Assembly: GCA_036833455.1 (NCBI GenBank)
Contig: DAITPU010000001.1
Span: forward strand, 7,549 to 71,548
From: a bacterium
Lineage (GTDB): Archaea; Nanobdellota; Nanobdellia; Pacearchaeales; GW2011-AR1
DNA length: 64,000 bases
Reading direction: 5' to 3'
Position numbers and translations under genes: made by a program. The notes below the pieces were generated by a model that saw only the letters and a list, made by a program, of their open reading frames with translations, did not search any database and was not told the DNA's origin. Numbering within the stretch: the stretch's first letter is position 1; each line of letters opens with the position of its first letter. This document shows positions 18,897 through 28,315 of the stretch, piece by piece.

Positions 18897-19664
18897 TTAT
18901 AAAACTTCATCCTTAAATATTTTATAAAAATTTTCATCTATAATTTTATCTGCTTTTTTTATCGGAACTTTCCATATTTCAGAAATCTTCTTTAAACCCT
19001 CAAAAACAAAAGAAGGCTCATTTTCAATTTCCTTAAACGGAGAGGCATAAGGACTATCAGTCTCAGTCAATATATTTTCTTTAGGAGTTATTTCAAGAAG
19101 CTTTTGAAAATGCTCTGACCTAACTACATTTGCTGGAATTGAAAAGTAAAAACTTGAATTAATTGCCTCTTTCACTAAAGTAAAATTTCCTGAAAAAAAA
19201 TGGAGAATAATTTTTAAATCTTTAAAATCTTGGAGAATTTCTATCACTCTTTTTTCAGCCTTTCTTGTATGAATAATTACGGGTAAATTTAGGTTCCTAG
19301 CCAAATTTAGTTGATTAATAAAAATTTTTTCTTGAATTTCCCGAGAAGGTAATTCCTCTGAAAAATCCAATCCAACCTCTCCAATAGCAGAAATATTTTT
19401 TTTATTTTCTAAGACCCATTTCTCAAAAATAGCATATTTTTCCAAAGAGATATTTTTCTCTGGATAAAGCCCAACTGCAAGCTTAACAAAATGAAATTCT
19501 TGGGAAATCTTTAAATTTTTTTTGCACGAATTTAAATTAACGGAATTAGTTACAATAAATTCAACCCCAATTTTTTTAGCATTATCAATTATTTTTAATA
19601 ACTTTTCTCTTGAATAAAAATCCAAATTGGCGTGAACATCTATCATAAAGGAAAAAGAGAACAA
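18897..19664 (-). CDS. tatD: TatD-family metal-dependent hydrolase/DNase
   Basis: MIDVHANLD, GEVGLDF and IIHTR are the TatD signature His/Asp/Glu motifs. Confidence 0.8.
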   Translation of the reverse strand: MFSFSFMIDVHANLDFYSREKLLKIIDNAKKIGVEFIVTNSVNLNSCKKNLKISQEFHFVKLAVGLYPEKNISLEKYAIFEKWVLENKKNISAIGEVGLDFSEELPSREIQEKIFINQLNLARNLNLPVIIHTRKAEKRVIEILQDFKDLKIILHFFSGNFTLVKEAINSSFYFSIPANVVRSEHFQKLLEITPKENILTETDSPYASPFKEIENEPSFVFEGLKKISEIWKVPIKKADKIIDENFYKIFKDEVL

Positions 19665-19680
19665 GAGTTTTTAGGGTTTT

Positions 19681-20538
19681 CTAAAAAACAGTTGCATATA
19701 CTACTGCAAGAACAATTATTATTGAAGATAATATGTTTCTCCAATCAGGTTTATCTTTTAAAAACTTCCAAGCGAATAAATATACAAAAACAGGTCCAAG
19801 CATAATCATAAGAGTTGTTTCTATAATCCCCAAAGTAGTATATCCGTAATAAATTAAAATTCTAAATCCTACCCATAAAAAAGAAGTCAATAAAATATGT
19901 AAAATAGTTTTATTGTCAACTTCTCCAAATAGTTTAGGTCTAAATAAAATAAAACTAAGCCCAAATATTAAAATACATCTTACAAAATAAAAAGAGAAAG
20001 GAGAATAAATATCCAGTAAAATTCTTGAAACAACTAATTCTGCTGCAAAAAATAAACTTCCTAAAATTGCAAATTTGAAATACTTATTAAATTCCAAATG
20101 ATCTCTTCTAAAATGAGAAAAAATCAAAGCTGCTCCTGCTACAAGTGCAGGAATTATAAATTTTAGATTACGTTCATAAAGACCTTCTCCAAAAATATAA
20201 CTAAAAATAACAGCAAGCATTACTGTAAACAAAGGTTCCATCATTCTTGCAGGCTCCAAACGAGAAATCTTCTCCCATTTCAAAGATTGGAAAATAAACC
20301 AATTTGCAAATAAAGCCAAAACAACTACAACTAATAAAATCAAAATATTTTCTAAAGAATAAGCCAAACTAGAAACATCCCAAAAAAAGAAAGTGAAAGG
20401 AATCATCACGAGAACTATAAACAAAAAGCTATAAGTTTCATAAAATTTAACAGACATATTCTTTCTTTTCAATAAAATTCTTTCAATTAAAGTTCCCCCT
20501 GCCAAAGCAGTAGCACTAAGAATAGGAATCCAAATCAT
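19681..20538 (-). CDS. Polytopic membrane protein, DMT/EamA-like transporter fold (about 10 TM helices)
   Basis: Hydropathy only, with two repeated 4-5 TM halves. Confidence 0.4.
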   Translation of the reverse strand: MIWIPILSATALAGGTLIERILLKRKNMSVKFYETYSFLFIVLVMIPFTFFFWDVSSLAYSLENILILLVVVVLALFANWFIFQSLKWEKISRLEPARMMEPLFTVMLAVIFSYIFGEGLYERNLKFIIPALVAGAALIFSHFRRDHLEFNKYFKFAILGSLFFAAELVVSRILLDIYSPFSFYFVRCILIFGLSFILFRPKLFGEVDNKTILHILLTSFLWVGFRILIYYGYTTLGIIETTLMIMLGPVFVYLFAWKFLKDKPDWRNILSSIIIVLAVVYATVF

Positions 20539-20576
20539 GCATTATAAAAATAATTGAAGTTTAAAAAAATGTTGAA

Positions 20577-20675
20577 TGGGCTCAGTAGGTGAAAAAGTTC
20601 ACGAGCCTTATGTGAAACTCGGAAGTGGGCTTGAGAGTTAGAACCTGCGATCTACTCGGTGTAAATAACATGACG
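20577..20675. other. GC-rich structured element of about 100 nt that does not fold as a tRNA; possible tRNA-Val-derived remnant or small ncRNA
   Basis: GC is well above the local background. Internal hairpins are present (GGCTC...GAGCC, GTGAA-AAAG-TTCAC). It shares gatct[a/t]ctcggtgtaaa (17 of 18 nt) with the anticodon/variable region of the adjacent tRNA-Val, but its T-arm and acceptor cannot pair. Confidence 0.2.
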
Positions 20676-20713
20676 GTTTTTCTTGGTTTTTAGAAAAAAT
20701 AATAAAAATATGA

Positions 20714-20786
20714 ATGGACCCTACCAGAATCGAACTGGTGATCTTCTCGGTGTAAACGAGACGTCGTAACCACTAGACTAAGGGTC
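20714..20786 (-). tRNA. tRNA-Val (anticodon UAC)
   Basis: Minus-strand cloverleaf reads GGACCCT-TA-GTCT..-TCTCG-TTTACAC-CGAGA-AGATC-ACCAG-TTCGATT-CTGGT-AGGGTCC-A. Confidence 0.85.
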
Positions 20787-20885
20787 CGCCAATAAGAAGA
20801 AAACAATCTTCCCTTTTAAAAAACTTTTGAAAAGGCTGTTCTTTAATTATTCTAAGGAATTCAAAAAGAAACAGCAGGTTTTTTA

Positions 20886-20957
20886 TGCGCGAGCCGGGAT
20901 TCGAACCCGGGTCTAAACGTTGGCAACGTCCAATTCTAACCACTGAACTACTCACGC
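20886..20957 (-). tRNA. tRNA-Gly (anticodon GCC)
   Basis: Minus-strand cloverleaf reads GCGTGAG-TA-GTTC-AGTGGTTA-GAAT-T-GGACG-TTGCCAA-CGTTT-AGAC-CCGGG-TTCGAAT-CCCGG-CTCGCGC-A. Confidence 0.85.
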
Positions 20958-21034
20958 TCAAAAATTTAAAAACAACTTAATTAAAAAACCTTATCATAAC
21001 AAACTTTTATAAATAAAACCAAACTATTTCAATT

Positions 21035-22810
21035 ATGAATCCTGAACAAAACATTCCCGGAATGGATCTTAACACAAAATATTCTAAAAATCCTATTCCA
21101 AAACAAGAAGATCCAGAAGAAGCAAAAAAGAAATTTGAGAAAACAAAAAAAGAATTAGAAAAATTAAAAGCCTATATTTTAAAAAAATACAAATTTATTG
21201 AAGCCATAGGGGTTCTTCCCCCCCAAGCAATTCCAAAATTTATTGATGAAGAAGAAGTTCCAAAAGAATCAAAAGATCACGTTCATATTGAATTAATAAT
21301 TCAAGAAGATAAAATAAAAGAAATTCCCAAATTAAAGGAAGATTTAATAAAAGAAATAGAAAAAACTAAGGAAAAAATTTGGTTGCATATCTTTACTCCA
21401 AAAGAAATATGGGAAATTTGTTTTGATCAAAAATTTGAACTTTCGGGTGCAATAAGTATGGCTTATCCTCTTTATGATAAAGGAATTTTAGGAGCTTTAC
21501 GTGTAGCTGAAATTCATAAATCATTGGTACTTCAAAAATTCGATAAATATGTTGTTAGTTACGTAATTGGAGGAAGTTTAGTTAGAGGGGAGGCAGAAAA
21601 AACTTCAGATGTTGATGTGTTTGTTGTTATCAATGATACTGATGTTAAAAGAATGCCTAGAAGAGAACTTCTTGATAGATTAAGAGGAATGATTTACCAA
21701 TATGTTGCAGAAGCAACTCAAATTGCAGGAGTTGAAAATAAATTAGAACCCCAAATATACTTATTAACTGATTTTTGGGATGCAGTAAAAGATGCTCATC
21801 CTGTAATGTTTACTTTTATTAGAGATGGAGTTCCTTTATACGATCGAGGAACTTTTATGCCTTGGAAGGCACTTTTAAGAATGGGTAAACTTAAACCTTC
21901 TCCAGAAGCAATTGATATGTTTATGAGTATGGGGGACGGCGTTATTCCAAGAAGCAAAAAAACACTTCTATCTGAAATATTTACAAATATTTTCTGGGGT
22001 GTCACAACTCCTGCTCAAGCAATGGTTATGCTTAACGGATCTCCCCCTCCAAACGCAAAAAAAGAACTCGTGAGGGATTTCAAAAAACAATTTCTAGAAA
22101 CCAAAATGATTGAAAAAAAATATGTTGATTTCTTAGAAAAAGTTATTCAAACTTGGAGGGATTATGAACACGAAAAAATAAAAGAAATTTCAGGAGCTGA
22201 AATTGATAAACTCTTAAAACAAACTGAAGAATTTTTAAAAAGATTAAAAGAATTAAGAGAACAAATAGAAAAAAAATATCAAGGAGAAACAATAGAAAAA
22301 ATTTATCTGGACGTAATTGATTCTTTAAAAACACTTTTAGGCAAAAAATCCCAAACTAAACTAATAGAAGATTTTGAAGAAGAATATGTTAAAAAAGGTA
22401 AATTTAGCAAACAGCACTTAAGAATTTTAAAATCAATTCTCTCTTCAAGAGAGGATTATAAAAAAGGTAAAATGGACTCTCATAAAGCAGACAGAGCTAG
22501 AAGAGATGCAGATATTTTAATAAAAGATTTGGTTGAATTCAATCAAAGAAAAGAATTGATTCCTTTAGAAAAAGGGAAAATGAAATTGAGATTTAAAAAT
22601 AAAATAATTGAACTGATTCATGCAGATAAAAAGAGTTTTTTTATTGAAGGACAAAAAGTAAAGAAAATAGAAAAAGTTATTGAAGATTCTACATTAGAAG
22701 AATTGGATCAAGCTTTAGGAAAACAAAAAGAAAATGAGGAAGTAGAAATAAATCCAAAAGTTTTTGATATTCTTAGAAAAGCATTTGGAGAATTTGAAAT
22801 TATTTTATAA
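21035..22810 (+). CDS. 591-aa protein with a Pol-beta-superfamily nucleotidyltransferase motif, flanked by K/E-rich helical regions
   Basis: GGSLVRGEAEKTSDVDVFVV matches the hG[GS]x9-13DhD NTase core. No further recognisable domains. Confidence 0.45.
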   Translation: MNPEQNIPGMDLNTKYSKNPIPKQEDPEEAKKKFEKTKKELEKLKAYILKKYKFIEAIGVLPPQAIPKFIDEEEVPKESKDHVHIELIIQEDKIKEIPKLKEDLIKEIEKTKEKIWLHIFTPKEIWEICFDQKFELSGAISMAYPLYDKGILGALRVAEIHKSLVLQKFDKYVVSYVIGGSLVRGEAEKTSDVDVFVVINDTDVKRMPRRELLDRLRGMIYQYVAEATQIAGVENKLEPQIYLLTDFWDAVKDAHPVMFTFIRDGVPLYDRGTFMPWKALLRMGKLKPSPEAIDMFMSMGDGVIPRSKKTLLSEIFTNIFWGVTTPAQAMVMLNGSPPPNAKKELVRDFKKQFLETKMIEKKYVDFLEKVIQTWRDYEHEKIKEISGAEIDKLLKQTEEFLKRLKELREQIEKKYQGETIEKIYLDVIDSLKTLLGKKSQTKLIEDFEEEYVKKGKFSKQHLRILKSILSSREDYKKGKMDSHKADRARRDADILIKDLVEFNQRKELIPLEKGKMKLRFKNKIIELIHADKKSFFIEGQKVKKIEKVIEDSTLEELDQALGKQKENEEVEINPKVFDILRKAFGEFEIIL

Positions 22811-22867
22811 TTCTATCTTAAATTTAAAGAACCCAAATAATAAAAACCAAGAATTCTTTTAAAGTGT

Positions 22868-23968
22868 ATGAAATATTTATTCATACTTGGAAGAAATCCT
22901 GAATTATCCAAACTAGAATTAAAAGAATTTTTTAAAGGAAAAATAAAAAGCTCTGAAGAAAAAGATACCGCTTTAATCTTAGATTTAGAATATTTAGAGA
23001 AAGATTCCTTAAAAAAATTAGGCGGAATAATAAGAATTGGGAAAATTTTATTGGAAACTTCAGAAAAGAATTTAGAGAAGGATTTAGAAAAAATTGAAAT
23101 TTATTCTGAAAAAAGCAATAAACTAACTTATACTTTATGGGAATATTCTTCTTATTCAGAAGAACTAAAAGAATATTTGAAAAATAGACTTAAATCAGAA
23201 AAAATAAAAGCAAATTACAAGGGATTGAACAGAGAAATAAAAATGCAAGAAAATTTCCTAAGAATTCCATCCTCAAAAACTCTGAACAAAGAATACTTTT
23301 TATTTTCTTCAAAAGATAAAGAATACTTCGGAGAAATAACTGAATTTCCTAATTCAGAAGAAATTGAAAAAAGGGATATTGAAAAACCTGTAAGAAGAGA
23401 AGAACTAGCTATTTCTCCCAGGCTTTCAAAAATAATGATAAATTTAGCAAATTTAAAAGAAGGAGAAACTTTGATTGATCCTTTTTGTGGAATCGGCGTT
23501 ATTCTCTCTGAAGCACTTTTACAGAAAATTAAAGTTATAGGAATAGACAAAGATAAAAGCGCAATTCAGGGAGCAGAAAAAAATTTAAAATGGTTTAAGT
23601 TCAAAAAAGATAATTATCTTTTATTTAATTCAGATTCAACAAAAATAAAAATTCCTAAAGGGGATTCAATCGTAACTGAACCTGATTTAGGAGAAACCTT
23701 TAAAAAAATACCTACAAAAGAAAAAGCAAAAAAAATAATTAAAGAATTTGAAGCATTGATTGAAAAAACGATAAATAATTTAAAAGAAAATACTGAAAAT
23801 AGAATAGTTTTCACCTCTCCTTACATAAGAATTGGTAAAAAAAGAATCTCTTGCGATATAGAAAAAATATGCAAAAACACTAGAACTAAACTAATTTTCC
23901 CCGGAATTCCAGAATATAGGGAAAACCAAATTGTTGGAAGAAAAATTTATGTTCTTGAAAAGAATTAA
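22868..23968 (+). CDS. Class I SAM-dependent methyltransferase, probably a Trm11/THUMP-like tRNA or RNA methyltransferase
   Basis: Motif I LIDPFCGIGVILSEA matches the DPFCGSGT type. The D/NPPY motif is non-canonical (IVTEPDLGE). Confidence 0.4.
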   Translation: MKYLFILGRNPELSKLELKEFFKGKIKSSEEKDTALILDLEYLEKDSLKKLGGIIRIGKILLETSEKNLEKDLEKIEIYSEKSNKLTYTLWEYSSYSEELKEYLKNRLKSEKIKANYKGLNREIKMQENFLRIPSSKTLNKEYFLFSSKDKEYFGEITEFPNSEEIEKRDIEKPVRREELAISPRLSKIMINLANLKEGETLIDPFCGIGVILSEALLQKIKVIGIDKDKSAIQGAEKNLKWFKFKKDNYLLFNSDSTKIKIPKGDSIVTEPDLGETFKKIPTKEKAKKIIKEFEALIEKTINNLKENTENRIVFTSPYIRIGKKRISCDIEKICKNTRTKLIFPGIPEYRENQIVGRKIYVLEKN

Positions 23969-23990
23969 TTTCAAGCGAGCAATACATTAC

Positions 23991-24635
23991 TCATTCTTCA
24001 ATCAACTCTACCCGAAAACAAGGATTCCGATTCAACAGCTCCCTGCTAGCACCGAGGTTAAGCCTGCCCCAGCCATCGTAAAGCCCCCCAACTCTTTTGA
24101 TATCTTCTCCTTGGGGTCTTGAATTTACTCTCCATAAACAAGCATCATTTGAATTAACCGAATTAGAAATTTTATTTAAGAAAGGAACATTATTTATTCC
24201 AGTTAAAGAAGCTAAAGTTCTTTTATCTGAAATATCTCTTGCCCAATCATCATTTCCAACAAAATTTCCTTCAAAAAAATATTCATCTGGAGTTCCTTCA
24301 TAATGAATTATTTTATCTTTTCCATTTGCAGAATAATTTATCGCACTAAAAAAATTCGACCATCTACCAATACCTGCTTTCAAAAAATTTAAAAAATCCG
24401 AATCTTTATTTTGCATTCCGGATTTAGCCAATTGAAAAAACATAGGAATTGAAATCAACCTCGGATCGCCTTTCTCCCTTGCTCTTGCATCAAACTCTTG
24501 CATTTGTTCATAATCCATAGGATCTGAAAGATCTTCCATAACTTTCGCTGTGTAAAGTTTTCCGTTTTCTCTTACATGAGGAATTTTGAAAGATGCCGGA
24601 ATAATAACGGCGGGTTGGTATTCTATTCTTGCCAT
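23991..24635 (-). CDS. Hypothetical protein; the 3' part has locally raised GC
   Basis: ORF only. Confidence 0.3.
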   Translation of the reverse strand: MARIEYQPAVIIPASFKIPHVRENGKLYTAKVMEDLSDPMDYEQMQEFDARAREKGDPRLISIPMFFQLAKSGMQNKDSDFLNFLKAGIGRWSNFFSAINYSANGKDKIIHYEGTPDEYFFEGNFVGNDDWARDISDKRTLASLTGINNVPFLNKISNSVNSNDACLWRVNSRPQGEDIKRVGGLYDGWGRLNLGASRELLNRNPCFRVELIEE

Positions 24636-24740
24636 TAAATTCTTTAATTTTGATTCATTTATAAAAATTTATATTCAAAACATAAAGCTTTTTCACGAAA
24701 AGCTTTTTAAACCATTTTCTACTTTAAATTTCGAGTTAAA

Positions 24741-25355
24741 ATGTTTTATCTAACAGAAATAGAAGATTACGTAAGAGTTGAACCAAAACTATTTGGGCTT
24801 CCTACTGAAAAAGCGGTTACAGAACAATTAGTTGAAACTTACAAAGAATATTACGATAAAGAGATTGGACAAGTTATAAGCATTGTTGAAATAAAAGAAG
24901 TTGGTGAAGGAGTTATTATTCCTGGAGATGGGGCTTCATATTATAAATCGACATTCGTACTTCTTGCTTGGAAACCAGAAATGCAAGAATTGGTTTTCGG
25001 AAAAGTAGAAGAAATAACTAATTTCGGAGCATTCATAAATCTAGGAAAAATGAAAGCAATGATTCACGTGTCTCAAACAATGAATGATTTTGTTAGCTTT
25101 AGTGATACTGGTTCTTTATCTGGAAAAAGCTCTGGAAGAAGTTTAAAACAAGGAGATTTATGTTTAGCAAGAGTTGTTGCTATAAGTCACAAGGGTAACG
25201 ATCCAAAAATAGGTTTAACAATGAGACAACCAGGTTTAGGTAAATTAGATTGGATACACGAAGATAAGGTAAAGGCTGAAGCTGAAGCTAAAAAGGCAAC
25301 TAAATCAGCAAAATTAGAAAAACCGGAAGTGAAGAAAGGAGCTAAAAAGAAATAA
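24741..25355 (+). CDS. rpoE: DNA-directed RNA polymerase subunit Rpo7 (E') with a C-terminal K/A/E-rich tail
   Basis: The N-terminus MFYLTEIEDYVRVEPKLFG is followed by an S1 domain (MIHVSQTMNDFVSF). A conserved rpoE-spt4-S24e-S27ae gene order follows. Confidence 0.9.
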   Translation: MFYLTEIEDYVRVEPKLFGLPTEKAVTEQLVETYKEYYDKEIGQVISIVEIKEVGEGVIIPGDGASYYKSTFVLLAWKPEMQELVFGKVEEITNFGAFINLGKMKAMIHVSQTMNDFVSFSDTGSLSGKSSGRSLKQGDLCLARVVAISHKGNDPKIGLTMRQPGLGKLDWIHEDKVKAEAEAKKATKSAKLEKPEVKKGAKKK

Positions 25356-25552
25356 TGGCAAAAACAAAAGAAAAAGCTTGTAAAATATGCAAATCAATAT
25401 ATGAGGAAGGAGATAAATGCCCAAATTGCGAATCAAAAGAATTTACAGAAAATTTTAAAGGAAAGATGGAAGTTATTAATGCTGAAAAATCCCAAATTGC
25501 AAAAAATTTAGGAATAAATAAAAACGGACTTTACGCCATAAAAACAAGATGA
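25355..25552 (+). CDS. spt4: Transcription elongation factor Spt4 (RNAP subunit E'')
   Basis: Zn ribbon CKICKS...CPNCES. The C-terminus NLGINKNGLYAIKTR matches Spt4. It follows rpo7 directly. Confidence 0.85.
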   Translation: MAKTKEKACKICKSIYEEGDKCPNCESKEFTENFKGKMEVINAEKSQIAKNLGINKNGLYAIKTR

Positions 25553-25896
25553 AAGTAAAAGAAAAAAAGGAATTTGAAAATAAATTATTTTCCAGAAAGG
25601 AAATAGAAATAGTTGTTGAAACAGAAAGAGTACCGAGTCAAACAGAAGCTAAAGAATTTATTAAAAAAGAATTTAATACAAACCCTAATTTAATAAGGAT
25701 AAAAAGAATTTTAGGAAAATTTGGATCAAGAGAGTTTACAATATCTGTAGACATATATAATTCTCAAGAAGAATTTAATAGAATAGTGAAAAAAACAAAA
25801 CAAGAATTAGAAAAAGAGAAAAAAGAAGCAGAAGAAAAAAGAAAAATAGAAGAAGCTGAAAAATCAAAACAGATAGAAAAAGAGGAAAAAGAATAA
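25549..25896 (+). CDS. rps24e: 30S ribosomal protein S24e with a K/E-rich C-terminal extension
   Basis: RKEIEIVVE....NPNLIRIKRILGKFGS matches the S24e core. Operon position supports the call. Confidence 0.8.
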   Translation: MKVKEKKEFENKLFSRKEIEIVVETERVPSQTEAKEFIKKEFNTNPNLIRIKRILGKFGSREFTISVDIYNSQEEFNRIVKKTKQELEKEKKEAEEKRKIEEAEKSKQIEKEEKE

Positions 25897-26106
25897 ATGG
25901 CAAAGAAAAAAATAGTAAAAAAAGGCAAAAAACCTCATAAAAACAAACCAACTAGTAAAAAGTACACAAAATATACCCTAGAAGGCACTAAAGTGACAAA
26001 AAAAAGAGAGTGCCCAAGATGTGGTCCTGGGGTATTTTTAATGATTACAAAAAGCAGACTTTATTGTGGAAAGTGCCATTATACTGAATTTACAGGTCAG
26101 AAATAG
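25897..26106 (+). CDS. rps27ae: 30S ribosomal protein S27ae
   Basis: Lys-rich N-terminus and a C4 zinc ribbon CPRCGPGVFLMITKSRLYCGKCHYTEF. Confidence 0.85.
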   Translation: MAKKKIVKKGKKPHKNKPTSKKYTKYTLEGTKVTKKRECPRCGPGVFLMITKSRLYCGKCHYTEFTGQK

Positions 26107-26355
26107 GCTAAAATTTCTTAAAAAAACAATTATTTCTAAGTAATAAAAGAAATTACCACTTTTTCCTAAAAACCCATGTCATTTTTAAAGAGTAACATGA
26201 ACGAAAGCTTTAAATAGTTTAAATTACTGGCTTAATTATCACCTCTTTTTACCCAGGAGAGGACGCGTGCTATCTATTTATACTTGGTACGAAGAATCTC
26301 CTAGGTTTTTCTAATTAAACTTTATTTTTATAAACCTTAACAACCTTGATAAATA

Positions 26356-27183
26356 ATGGAAGAGGTAGAAAAAATAAGCCAAGAACAAATAGAAACAATT
26401 CTTTTTAACAGAGAAATTGGTTGGCAAGAAATAATTTATGACTTAATAAACACTGAACAATTAGATCCCTGGGACATAAATATTACTATTTTAACACAAG
26501 GATTCTTATCCAAAATACAAGAATATGAAGAAATGGATTTTTTTGTATCCAGTAAAGTTTTATTTGCAGCTTCTTTGCTATTAAGAATAAAATCAGAACT
26601 AATCTTAAGTAAATTCATGAGATCCATTGATGAAATACTCTTTGGAAAGCCCGAGCCAAAAAAAAGCGTATTAGAAAGAATAGAACTTGAAGGAGAAATT
26701 CCCTTTTTAATTCCCAAAAGTCCTATGCCTAGATTTAGAAAAGTCACTTTAAATGAACTTATTGAATCCTTAGATAAAGCAATTAAAACTGAAAATAGAA
26801 GAATAAAAAAAGAAATAGTAAATAGAAACGCCTTAAGAGAAACAGGAATTTCATTACCTACAAAAAAATACAATATTAATGATAGAATTAATGGATTTCA
26901 TACTAAAATAGAAAGTCATTTCAAAAACAATTCAAACGAAGAAAGAGTTTCTTATACTACTTTAACTGGAGAAGAAAGAGAAAATAAAATTCTTTCTTTC
27001 TTTCCTGCACTACAACTAGAAACTAATGGAAAGATTTGGCTTGAACAAGAAACACATTTTGAAGAAATATATGTTTGGTTAAAACATATTTTTTTAAAAA
27101 AGAATCCAAACCCTTACCAAGATTTAATTTTAGGTGAATGGAGTATTGAACATATAGAGGAAGGAGAAGTATTAACTGAATAA
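26356..27183 (+). CDS. scpA: ScpA-like kleisin (segregation and condensation protein A)
   Basis: LDPWDINITILTQGFLSKIQEYEEMDFFVSSKVLFAASLLLRIKSELIL aligns with the ScpA N-terminal winged-helix region. Confidence 0.6.
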   Translation: MEEVEKISQEQIETILFNREIGWQEIIYDLINTEQLDPWDINITILTQGFLSKIQEYEEMDFFVSSKVLFAASLLLRIKSELILSKFMRSIDEILFGKPEPKKSVLERIELEGEIPFLIPKSPMPRFRKVTLNELIESLDKAIKTENRRIKKEIVNRNALRETGISLPTKKYNINDRINGFHTKIESHFKNNSNEERVSYTTLTGEERENKILSFFPALQLETNGKIWLEQETHFEEIYVWLKHIFLKKNPNPYQDLILGEWSIEHIEEGEVLTE

Positions 27184-27186
27184 GTT

Positions 27187-27495
27187 TTATTGTATCTTTT
27201 CCCCAAGTCCCGTCTTTTCATCTAAACAATATTCAAGAGTTTTTACTACGGCTAAATCTTCTTTACTAATAATTCCTCTTCTACTCCATTCTGAATATTT
27301 TCCAAAGGAGTCAAATAATTCAATTTTTCTTTTAATATAATCTGGTCTATTTTCTTCCAAAATTTCTCCTGTATCTCGGTTTCTATTAATTGAAAAAGAA
27401 GATTCCATAATTAAATCCAAAACAATTTTCCTATATTTTTCATAAAGTATCCTATATGCTCTTTCTTTAAATCCCTCAAAAGTATTTTCTTTCAT
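27187..27495 (-). CDS. Hypothetical protein (102 aa)
   Basis: ORF only. Confidence 0.3.
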   Translation of the reverse strand: MKENTFEGFKERAYRILYEKYRKIVLDLIMESSFSINRNRDTGEILEENRPDYIKRKIELFDSFGKYSEWSRRGIISKEDLAVVKTLEYCLDEKTGLGEKIQ

Positions 27496-27555
27496 ACAAA
27501 TAAAGAAAATAATTACTTCTTAAAGATTTATATACTAAAAAAGAGAAATATCCTT

Positions 27556-28227
27556 ATGAAATTAGGAGTTTTATTTTCAGGAGGAAAGGATTCAGTTTAT
27601 GCAACTCACCTTGCAAAAAAAGAAGGCCATGAAATAGTTTGCCTAATTTCAATATTTTCTGAAAATAAGGAATCTTATATGTTCCACACTCCATCAATTG
27701 AAAAAACGAAAAAACAAGCCAAAGTTATGGAAATTCCTTTGTTAATTCAAAAAACTAAGGGAGAAAAAGAAATTGAATTAAAGGATCTTGAAAAAGCAAT
27801 AAAAAAAGCAAAAGAAAAATACTCAATTGAAGGAATAATAACCGGCGCAATTCAATCCGTTTATCAAGCTTCAAGAATACAAAAAATATGTAAAAACTTA
27901 AAACTAAAATGTGTAAATCCTCTTTGGCAAAAAGATGAATTAAAATATTTAAACGAGCTCATAAAAGAAAAATTTGAAATAACAATTGTAGGTGTTTTTG
28001 CTTATCCTTTAGATGAATCTTGGATTGGAAAAAAAATAGATGAAAAATTTGTAGATGAAATAAAAAAATTAAATGAAAAATATAAAATCCACGTAGCTGG
28101 AGAAGGAGGTGAATTTGAAACCTTTGTTTTAAATTGCCCTCTCTATAAAAAGCCCCTAAAAATAGTTAATAAAAAAATATTCAAAGAAGGAGAAAATTCT
28201 TTTAGAGCTGAAATAGACGTAATTTAG
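27556..28227 (+). CDS. PP-loop ATP pyrophosphatase of the MJ0570/Dph6 family (diphthine-ammonia ligase-like)
   Basis: N-terminal SGGKDS PP-loop. The length of about 220 aa fits the archaeal stand-alone domain. Confidence 0.6.
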   Translation: MKLGVLFSGGKDSVYATHLAKKEGHEIVCLISIFSENKESYMFHTPSIEKTKKQAKVMEIPLLIQKTKGEKEIELKDLEKAIKKAKEKYSIEGIITGAIQSVYQASRIQKICKNLKLKCVNPLWQKDELKYLNELIKEKFEITIVGVFAYPLDESWIGKKIDEKFVDEIKKLNEKYKIHVAGEGGEFETFVLNCPLYKKPLKIVNKKIFKEGENSFRAEIDVI

Positions 28228-28315
28228 CCAAAAATCAATGTTTCTTTTATAAACTTAGTGTTATCTTTAAAAAGGGAAAAAGCACACTTTTAAACTAAAA
28301 ATCAAATGTATATTA

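Noticed and set aside
20577-20675. Interpretation of the GC-rich element as a bona fide tRNA
   Set aside because: No cloverleaf can be made. T-arm and acceptor pairing fail on both strands. It is kept as an unknown element, not a tRNA.
20773-20961. Minus-strand 62-aa ORF
   Set aside because: It overlaps tRNA-Gly (20886..20957) and the tRNA-Val flank. It is GC-rich because of the tRNAs and is a spurious ORF.
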